From Octopus sinensis (taxonomy: Eukaryota), in NCBI RefSeq assembly GCF_006345805.1, contig NW_021833614.1, forward strand, positions 1 to 64,000: 64,000 nt of DNA, in the 5' to 3' direction. Of the stretch, positions 54,598 to 64,000 are shown piece after piece; position 1 is the first letter of the stretch, and every line of letters starts with the position of its first letter. The notes beneath the pieces were generated by a model. It saw only the letters and a list, made by a program, of their open reading frames with translations, did no database searches and was not told where the DNA came from. The position numbers and the translations under genes are program-made.

Positions 54598-54643
54598 ATG
54601 TCTCTATCTATCTATTTATCTATCTGTCTCTTCTCTCATTATA

Positions 54644-54699
<56 letters not shown>

Positions 54700-55301
54700 A
54701 TATATAATATATATATATATATAATATATTATATACTGTTGTGTCTGGGGAGTCATTTTCTTTTTGCGCTTATAATCCGAAACGAATTATATACATATCG
54801 ACATATATATATATATATATAATATATATATATATATACATACATAAATATTATTAGTTAGACAGGCCTGGGCCATACTGGCCAAAAACCTTTCTAAGTT
54901 ATTCTAATTATGTATATATATAATATAATATATATATTATATATATAATATATATATATATATATTATATATATATATATTAATATATATGTAGTGTGTG
55001 TGGTGTGTGTGTGGTTGTGTGTGTGTGTATATGAAGGAGAGAGTGATTGAGAAATAGATAGAAAACTATAAAATATTAATGATATACATATTTAACATGT
55101 GTGAATATGTTTGCTGTATAAGATGTAAGAAAACACATATGTATGGGAATATATATATAAATATATGTATTTCAATGTGTGTATAATTAAATATATATAT
55201 ATATATGTAAACGCACATGTACGTCTGTGTGTACGTGTATGGATATGCGTATCTGTGCGTTTTTGTGTATGTGTGGTACGTTTGTTGTGTGTGTGTGTGA
55301 G

Positions 55302-55341
<40 letters not shown>

Positions 55342-55554
55342 TGAGTGTGCGAGTGTGTATTTGACAGAATCGCTGCCCCCGGGTAAAAACAGATTCACGC
55401 CGTGGTGTACTTTGCATATCCCGGGTTATGCACCAGTTGACGTCCCGGTTTTCTAAAATATTCATACATTTTAAATACATACTCATACAACACCCCCACA
55501 CAAACACTCATACACATGTATACATACATATATATATATTTATATACACATATA

Positions 55555-55970
55555 GGCGCAGGAGTGGTTGTGTAGTAAGTAGCTTGCTAACCAACCTCAT
55601 GGTTCCGGGTTCAGTCCTACTGCATGGCATCTTGGGCAAGTGTCTTCTGCTATAGCCCCGGGCCGACCAATGCCTTGTGAGTGGATTTGTAGACGGAAAC
55701 TGAAAGAAGCCTGTCGTATATATGTCTATATATTATATGTATGTGTGTTGTATATGTTTGTGTGTCTGTGGTTTGCCCCCTAGCATTGTTTGACAAAACG
55801 ATGCTGGTGTGTTTATGTCCCTGTCACTTAGTGGTTCGGCAAAAAGAGACCGATAGAATAAGTACTGGGCTTAGAAAGAATAAGTCCCGGGGTCGATCTG
55901 CTCGACTAGAGGCGGTGCTCCAGCATGGCCGCAGTCAAATGACTGAAACAAGTAAAAAAGAAAAAAAGAA
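55555..55970 (+). mobile_element. SINE family A, full-length copy
   Basis: Near-identical to 53531-53951. Confidence 0.85.
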
Positions 55971-56314
55971 AAAAAAGATATATACATATATGTATGTATA
56001 CTTTATATTCTTTGTGGACCACGTAACACCAATGTTCGAGTGTGTGGGCATGTGTGTCTCTGTGTGTTAGTGCGTTCGTGGTACATGTTTACATATATAT
56101 ATTTTTTATATTAAATCATATACTATTATTATCATCATTATTGTAGTTGTTGTTGTTGTTATTATGGTTATTATTCAAAACAGTTTGACCCTGGGCCAAA
56201 TCACACTGTTTTAAGTCATATTATATATGACTCCTGCTAAATGTGTTCAGTGCCTTTTTCTTTAGTTTGTCCCTTCACACACACACACACACACACATAA
56301 ACACACACAGAGAG

Positions 56315-56359
<45 letters not shown>

Positions 56360-56536
56360 GTCTCACACACACACAGAGTCTCACACACACACACATATAT
56401 ACAACGTATGGGGATTTAGATCACAGGTGATCTAAACGATTAGGTACGCTAGATAAGTGCTGTTATGGATTACTGGAGCTACAAGGTTATAGCCGAGACG
56501 GTAGTTATGGAGCCATTGCAAATTCCGATGCGGTGG

Positions 56537-56612
<76 letters not shown>

Positions 56613-56725
56613 AGATAAGATGATTACAGATATAGGGACTGTTTTACATATCAGTCTATCTACATTTACATCCGCTGTCTGTCTGTCTTTATCTCTCTCT
56701 CTCTCTTTCCCTCTGTATATATATG

Positions 56726-56765
<40 letters not shown>

Positions 56766-56779
56766 ATTATTATTATTAT

Positions 56780-57180
56780 TTTTTACATATTTCAGTCATT
56801 ACACTGCACCCATGCTGGTGCACCACCTTGAATTTTTAGTCGATTGAATCGGCTCCAGGACTTATTTTTCAAGCCTGGTAATTACTCTGTCGGTCTCTTT
56901 TGCCGAACCGCTAGTGCTATGGAGACACACGAACACCAACACCGGTTGTCAAATGGTGGGGGTGGGTTAGCACCGACACAAAAAACACGCACACATAGAT
57001 ATAGATATTTACATATGTATGGGCTTCTTTTAATTTCCTTCTATCAAAATCATTCACAAGGTTTCGGTCGGCCCGAGGCTATAGTAGAAGATACCTACCC
57101 AAAGTGCCACGCAATGGGACGGAACTCAGAACCAACTGGTTTAGAAGCACGTTTCTTACTACACAGCCAATCGTGCGCAT
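56780..57180 (-). mobile_element. Diverged SINE family A copy, reverse orientation
   Basis: Reverse complement of family A blocks (CCATGCTGG..CACC, CGGTCTCTTTTGCCGAACCGCTA, GGTCGGCCCGAGGCTATAGTAGAAGA). Confidence 0.75.
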
Positions 57181-57858
57181 ATATACATACATATATTCAT
57201 ACATACATACATACATACAAAGATGTGTGTGTGTGTATGTTTGTATGTATGTATTCTGTAAATAATAATGATAATGATATTTTTATAAGCTAAGGCAGCG
57301 AGCTAGCGAGGCGGGCGAAATGCTTAGTGGTATTTCGTTTGTCTTTATTCACTGAGTTCAAATTCCGCCGAAGTCGACTTTTCCTGTCATCCTTTTGAGG
57401 TCCTTTGCGTACTGGGGCTGATCTTAACGATTGGCCCCCTACCCAAAGAATTTCGGGCCTTGTGCCAAGAGTAGAAAATAATAATTTTATTAGCTGAAAG
57501 ATTATAAGCGATCGCCGTTTATTGACTAAAGAGAATAGTCTAATATCAAATCAGTTATCACACACACACACAGATTGATAGATAGATTGATAGATAGATA
57601 GATATACGCAAGTAAAATAATATTACTTAATACACAACGGACATAGATTCAACAGTTAATTTATGCTGGCTGTGATTTTTTACTGATCGATTGACAAATG
57701 CCGTTTGATCGATCGATTATTTCAAAGTCATATATGTGTGTACGTGTGTGTACGTGTGTGTACGTGTGTGTGCGCGGGGAGTGTATATTTGTCGGAAACC
57801 AGTAACATGCCATATCTTCCTCTGTATTTTCCTAATGTCATTTTTTTCACCTTTTCAG

Positions 57859-57932
57859 TGGGGCCTCTACCTGTAAAGAACTTTGATATCAAGATCATGG
57901 TTGGGAACACGGACCTGAGTTCCTATCTAGAG
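57859..57932 (+). CDS. Candidate internal coding exon of an unidentified host gene (phase 1 to phase 0; [x]GPLPVKNFDIKIMVGNTDLSSYLE)
   Basis: Branch-like CTAAT, long pyrimidine tract, TTTTCAG acceptor, GAG|GTACTT donor, open frame, non-repetitive sequence. Confidence 0.45.
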
Positions 57933-58204
57933 GTACTTCACTGACATGTAATGAACCCCCTGATCTGCTAGTTTCCTCTAATCTTGATAGATTCCTTTTT
58001 AGTATTGCTTCTCCAGTGGTTAACTAAGCTTCGTCTCATTTATTTGCTTTATGCATTCACCATCCCACAATTATTTTATTTATTGCTCTTTCGTTATTGG
58101 CCAAATTATTATTATGTAATTATTTCTTTTCAACTGTTGTTTTTATTTCTGTTGTGTTTAATGCAATCAACAAATGTGAGTACAGCTTATTGCAACACAG
58201 GACA

Positions 58205-58266
<62 letters not shown>

Positions 58267-58598
58267 AACATGCAGAATATAGCGATACTAATAAGCAGTT
58301 GCTGAAAGTAAATGAACATATGCTTTGGAGCAAACTTTAGGTCAACACAAGACGTAATATTAGGTAATGAATAGCAAGAAAACAGAAACGCTGGAACCAC
58401 CTGCATTAGCTTACAGCTGTTTCCGCTATAAAAACGTGCACTCTAAGTTGAATGCTTGTGCAACATCTTATAGAGTCCTCAGAGCCCGATACATATATTT
58501 ATACATATATATATATACATACATCTTTTCGTATGTATGAAAGTCTATACGTACACTCATATATGTGCGTATGTATATTAAATATATATGTGTGTGTT

Positions 58599-58790
58599 TA
58601 GGCGGCGAGCTGGCAGAAACGTTAGCGCTCTGGGCGAAATGCGTAGCTGTATTTCGTCTGCCATTACGTTCTGGGTTCAAATTCCGCCGAGGTCTACTTT
58701 GCCTGTCATCCTTTCGGGGTCGATAAATTAAGTACCAGTTACACACTGGGGTCGATGTAATCGACTCAACCCGTTTGTCTGTCCTCTCTG
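58599..58790 (+). mobile_element. SINE family B copy
   Basis: GGCGGCGAGCTGGCAGAAACGTTAG head and body. Confidence 0.85.
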
Positions 58791-59119
58791 TGTTTTGCGT
58801 ATTATCGTCTATTATCTTACCAGAGAAAATTAAAATTCCTCACTATTTACAAAATATGAAACTATATATATTAAGAAGACATAAACAGTTTTACTATGTG
58901 CATTATCTGCTTTCTCTCCACCTAAATACAATATTTGAGAAGTTTTAGTTACCGAAGAACTCAACAGAAAAAAAAATTAATAAAACGAATATTTAAATAT
59001 GTTCCGTTATAGTTTCAAACTACCAAAATAATATCTCTCAAATGACATTTTTGAACGCTTCTATTATGTCTTTTCATTCAGTGTGCGTCATTTATTTCTA
59101 CTTCAAACTAGTAGTATAA

Positions 59120-59122
59120 ATA

Positions 59123-59154
<32 letters not shown>

Positions 59155-59175
59155 TAATAATATAATAATAATATA

Positions 59176-59221
<46 letters not shown>

Positions 59222-59222
59222 T

Positions 59223-59279
<57 letters not shown>

Positions 59280-59294
59280 TAAAAATAATAATAA

Positions 59295-59336
<42 letters not shown>
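59120..59336. repeat. (AAT)n/(AGT)n tract; further (AAT)n at 59719-59840 and 60306-60390
   Basis: Direct tandem. Confidence 0.95.
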
Positions 59337-59718
59337 ATTTAGTGCGACATGAGATAGAGAATAGGAATTGAGAAAGAAAGCCAACGATGCTAGATCATAG
59401 ATAAAGCATGCCCAGCTGACAACAAGGTATGCGGAAAGGAAGAAAGAATAGTCGATAGATATGATAGGTTAGCTTGGGAGGTTAAGCAGTTGTGGTCGAT
59501 GAAAAAGTTGGTAGTAGTACCAATAATTGTCGGAGCCCTAGGGAACGGTGAGTAAAGATCTTGAGAAGTACATGGAACAAATAGGGGCTGCAAAAAGGGT
59601 GGAGTACAGCACTGCTTGGAACCAAATGCTCCAAATACTAAGGGGTGTTGCCTCAGTTCACTGGCAGTGAACAGCTGGCACCGTAGTACATCTCCAGCGA
59701 TAGAAGCTGTGCAAAGGC
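59337..59718 (+). mobile_element. R4/Dong-type element 3' end: restriction-like endonuclease remnant, short 3' UTR and (AAT)n tail
   Basis: IIDKACPADNKVCGKEERIVDRYDRLAWEVKQLWSMKKLVVVPIIVGALG / TVSKDLEKYMEQIG on the + strand, followed directly by (AAT)n. Confidence 0.8.
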
Positions 59719-59772
<54 letters not shown>

Positions 59773-59780
59773 TAATAATG

Positions 59781-59835
<55 letters not shown>

Positions 59836-59844
59836 TAATAATTG

Positions 59845-60305
59845 TGTCTTGGTATAAAAGATGGGCTACAGCAATTATCCTGCTGAATACCACAGATTTC
59901 CTTGTCAGTTGTTTGACCGTAACCAGTTAAACATATCCCTTAGTGGCTGAAGATATGTGCATCTCTAATCACCAGTAGAAATAGTGGGGGAGCATCACAG
60001 CTATGTGCTGAGAGGAATTCTTTGGAGTTCGGATAATTCACTTCTGGAAACATGGGTGTTTCGTTCAACATCCTAAAACAAACCTTATTCAGGAACCTAT
60101 TAACCGGAATGGGCTTCTCGACCCGAAGAAAATTATAAGTGGGCCCCACCTGCAAAGTCATGCCCTGTTTACCTTGATATGAGATCACCATATCGCGTAC
60201 ATATGGTTGTGATGCATGTGACGGGTAGTCATGGTGGGTATACTGGGCCTCGTATATTTTACCCCAGTGTCACTTTGATGGCATGCACTGCTCTCTCACC
60301 CACTC
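59845..60305 (+). mobile_element. Retroposon 3' end, family E, with (AAT)n tail; second copy at 11990-12215
   Basis: Shared ..GAAGAAAATT..TGGGCCCCACCTGCAA..CCCAGT.TCACTTTGA..GCTCTCTCAC then AAT repeats. Confidence 0.7.
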
Positions 60306-60330
60306 AATAATAATAATAATGATAATAATG

Positions 60331-60365
<35 letters not shown>

Positions 60366-60639
60366 TAATAATAATAATAATAACAATGATAAAATAGTAG
60401 GTCCTTGTTTTGACACAATATCTTCAATCCCGGTAGACACAATATCTTCAATCAACATCACGATATCGGATACTGTGTGACATCTTAAATAATTAGAATA
60501 ATAAGCAATGGTTTCAAAGTTTGGCACAAGACCAGCAGTTTCAGGGGAGAGGCTAAGTCGATTACATCGACCCCTATTACTCAAATGGTACTTATTTTTT
60601 CGACCACAAAAGGAGGAAAGGCAAAGTCGACCCGCACAT

Positions 60640-60986
60640 GAACAATTGGCTGATGGCTGGGAGCAGAAACATCTACATGGCAAATATGTAGCCCGCAGCA
60701 AACAAGCAGACACATACAAGTGGCTACAGAGCTCAGAGCTGAAGGCAGAGGGTGAAAGCTTCATCTTAGTTGCTCAAGATCAAAGTTTATAAACCTGGAA
60801 CAATCAGTTCAATCTTAAGAAAAATGGAGTAGATCCAAAGTGCCGATTCTGCAATGATGAGATTGAAACAGTGGAGAACCTAATTTCTGGATGCTAAATT
60901 TTAGCACTAGTGGAGTATCAGTCAAGTTATGAAAGAGTTGGGCCAATATCTACACTGGTTAATATGTCGATATTTTAAATCAAAAC
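60640..60986 (+). mobile_element. R4/Dong-type element fragment, post-RT CCHC zinc-knuckle region
   Basis: WEQKHLHGKY..KWLQSSELKAEGESFILVAQDQSL*..DPKCRFCNDEIETVENLISGC*ILA..LHWLIC, with stops. Confidence 0.82.
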
Positions 60987-61446
60987 ATATGTATGTATGT
61001 ATGTGTGATAACTGATATGATATTAGATTATTCTCTTTACCCAATAAACGGCGATCGCATAGGAAAAAAACACTGGTTTAACTAGTGATTTAATTTCACT
61101 GATCCTATATTACCTGTGTTGGGTCGCAAAATGAGAACTATTTTGTTTAATCCTGTCATCGCATTAAATGAGTTAGGATTTATATTTTCGTTTACACATT
61201 TTTATTTTGTGTAAACTCAAGAAGGAAATTTGAAGAATGTCTTTCGCATCATAATGTATTTCTTTATATTGCATTTCCTTTCTATGGCTTTGTACTTCTT
61301 AATTACTGCGTTGTTAATGAAGTATTTCTATTTCAAAAGAATTGTGATTGGTTCTGCTATCTGCTCTTCATTAATTCATAACTAAGTGAAACAACATTGT
61401 TATGCTGTAATTGTTTTTCTTCTTATTATTATTCGTCGTCAGAATA

Positions 61447-61875
61447 AGGCGGTGAGCTGGCAGAAACGTTAGCACGCCGGGCGAAATACGTAGCCGTTAC
61501 GTTCTGAGTTCAAATTCCCCCGAGGTCGACTTTGCCTTTCATCCTTTCGGTGTCGATAAATTAAGTACCAGTTACGCACTGGGTTCGATATATATTTCTT
61601 TACTCCAGTTACGCACTGGGTTCGATATAAGCGACTTAATCCGTTTGTCTGTCCTTGTTTGTCCCCATCTGTGTACAGCCCCTTGTTGGTAGCAAAGAAA
61701 TAGGTATTTCGTCTGCCGTTACGTTCTGAGTTCAAATTCCGCCGAGGTCGACTTTGCCTTTCGGGGTCGATAAATTAAGTACCAGTTGCGTACTGGAGTC
61801 GATCTAATCCCTTTGTCTGTCCTTGTTTGTCCCCTCTATGTTTAGCCCCTTGTGGGCAATAAAGAAATAAGAATC
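61447..61875 (+). mobile_element. tRNA-derived SINE family B, dimeric copy
   Basis: Head GGCGGTGAGCTGGCAGAAACGTTAG, B-box GAGTTCAAATTCC, conserved GAGGTCGACTTTGCCTTTCATCCTTTCGG block. Body repeated head-to-tail. Confidence 0.85.
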
Positions 61876-62779
61876 GTTACCGCACCGAGTGAAATACTCA
61901 ACATTTCGTCCGTCTTTACCTTCTGAGTTCAAATTCAACCGAGGTCAACTTTACTTTTCATTATTTCGGCGTCAACGAAATAAATACCAGTTGAGTTCTG
62001 TAATTGACTATCCCCTTCCCCCAAAATTACAAGCTTTGTGCTTACAAGAAGGGAGTATTTATCCTGAATATATGTTCCGTTTCAAAACTTTAACATGAGA
62101 CCAAGAATTTCAGAAAGCGTGGGTTAGCCGAATGCATCGAACCGAGTACTTAGTTGGTGGACGGGAAAAAGGCAAAGATGATTTTCGATGGATTTGAACT
62201 CAGAACTTAAAAATTCAGAAGAAAGCCCTCAATAACTTTTGTCTGACTCGCTAACAATTCAGCCAGCTAACTGCCTTATTTGAACTTAAAATTATTCTCT
62301 CTAATTTTGGTACAGTGCCGTTCATTTTTATAGAAGGGAGCAAGCTGATAACATTGACCTCCAGTATTTATCTGGTACTTTATTTTATCGACCCCTGCAG
62401 GATGAAAAAGCAAAGTTGACCTCTGCGGAGATGGAACTCAGAACGTTAAGTGTCATAATAAAAATTTAAAAAAAACGCTGCTAAACGTAATTAAGTTTGA
62501 CGTGTTAGCGGTTCCACTAGCTCAGAGTCTTAGGAGAATATAATATAATAGTTTCAAATTTTGTCACAAGGACAGCGATTTTAGCGTAGGGGAAGCGTCG
62601 ATTACATCGAACCCTGTGTATCACTGTCACGTATTTTATCGACTTCGAAAGGATGAAAGGCAAAGTCGACCTCGGCGGAATTTGAACACAGAACGTAAAG
62701 ACAGACGAAATACCTCTATGCATTTCGTCCGGCATACTAACTGCCAGCCTTAAGAGAATGTAATATAATGTTTTCTATT

Positions 62780-63326
62780 ATAGGCGCAAGGTCTGAAATT
62801 TGGTAGGGGAGGGGGATACTCGATTACATCGACCGCAGTACGTAACTGGTACTTATTTTATCGACCCCGAAAAGATGATGGTCAAAGTTGACCTCGGCGG
62901 AATTTGAACTCAGAACATGAAGACAAATGGAATATCTATTTCTTTACTACAAACAAGGACAGACAAACGGATTAAGTCAATTATATCGACCCCAGTACGT
63001 AACTGGTACGTATTTAATCGACCCCGAAAGGATGAAAGGCAAAGTCGACCTCGGCGGAATTTGAACTCAGAACGTAACAGCAGACGAAATACCTATTTCT
63101 TTACTACCCACAAGGGGCTAAACACAGAGGAAACAAACAAGGACATACAAACGGATTAAGTCGATTATATCGATCCCAGTGCGTAACTGGTACTTAATAT
63201 ATCGACCCCGGAAGGATGAAAGGCATAGTCGACCTCGGCAGAATTTGAACTCAGAACGTAACGGCAGACGAAATACGGCTACGCATTTCGCCCGGCGTGC
63301 TAACGTTTCTGCCAACTCGCCGCCTT
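62780..63326 (-). mobile_element. SINE family B, trimeric copy (one head, three ~180-bp body units)
   Basis: GAACTCAGAAC landmark at about 62907, 63064 and 63248. A single head at the right end. Confidence 0.85.
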
Positions 63327-63726
63327 AGGAGAATATAATATAAAAAAAACTTTTAAAAAAAGTAATATTAAAATTATTTGTTTGCTTTATTAAGGAAGAT
63401 GTGTATACTCAAATTTCAGAACAAAGCAAAGCAGGAGCAAAGGGTGGTGACTGTTCATATCACATAATGTGGTAGCCATTTATATAATCCTAAATATTAT
63501 TTCATAAATAGATTAGGTTCTTATTCGTCTAAGTGCCAATTTTTTTTTGAACCCCTTAACTAACATTTTATATTTTACGCTTTCAATGAACAAAAATAAT
63601 AATAATAAACAGTCTCTGGATTTTAATGCTTTGAACAGCAGACATTCAAAATCTGCAAGAATTTTTTTTTCTTTTAATTATTAATGTGTACGTGTGCGAG
63701 TGTGTGTGTGTGTGTGATATATGTGT

Positions 63727-63779
<53 letters not shown>

Positions 63780-63780
<1 letters not shown>

Positions 63781-63965
63781 CTTTAATTAGAAACCCCATA
63801 AGTATATATTTCTTTACTACCCTCAAGGGGCTAAACACAGAAGGAACAAACAAGGACAGGCAAACGGATTATATCGATTACATCGACCCCAGTGCGTAAC
63901 TGGTACTTAATTTATCGACCCCGAAAGGATGAAAGACAAAGTCGACCTCGGTGGAATTTAAAACT
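63780..63965 (-). mobile_element. SINE family B body unit
   Basis: Reverse complement of the family B body. Confidence 0.8.
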
Positions 63966-64000
63966 CCATAAGTATAGATGACATCTTTTTCTTTATTTTC

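Overview
Eukaryotic, AT-rich, repeat-saturated genomic DNA. The tRNA-derived SINE families, extreme microsatellite load and transposon mix look like an Octopus-type cephalopod genome (my recognition, not a database result). Nearly all ORFs in the track are microsatellite read-through, including the 571-1657 aa 'HPSI' ORFs. Best supported: an intact tRNA-Ile(AAT) gene (17298-17371); a ~9.9 kb (GGAT)n array with higher-order duplications (34308-44217); decayed retroelements (Penelope-like RT, three R4/Dong-type pieces, an I-group LINE 3' end inserted in a SINE); DNA transposon relics (Tc1 DD34E, mariner MITE, Tigger-like MITE); and many SINE copies. No host gene could be assembled. The best candidate is one 74-nt + strand exon at 57859-57932. 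Most interesting observations: minimal hammerhead-ribozyme-like motifs with a non-canonical U4C core in a Penelope-type repeat (28392-28426, 2673-2707), a 726-bp near-perfect palindrome and shorter ones abutting (TA)n tracts, head-to-tail multimeric SINEs, and many potential dsRNA structures. Coordinates were counted by hand, and SINE and LINE edges are approximate.
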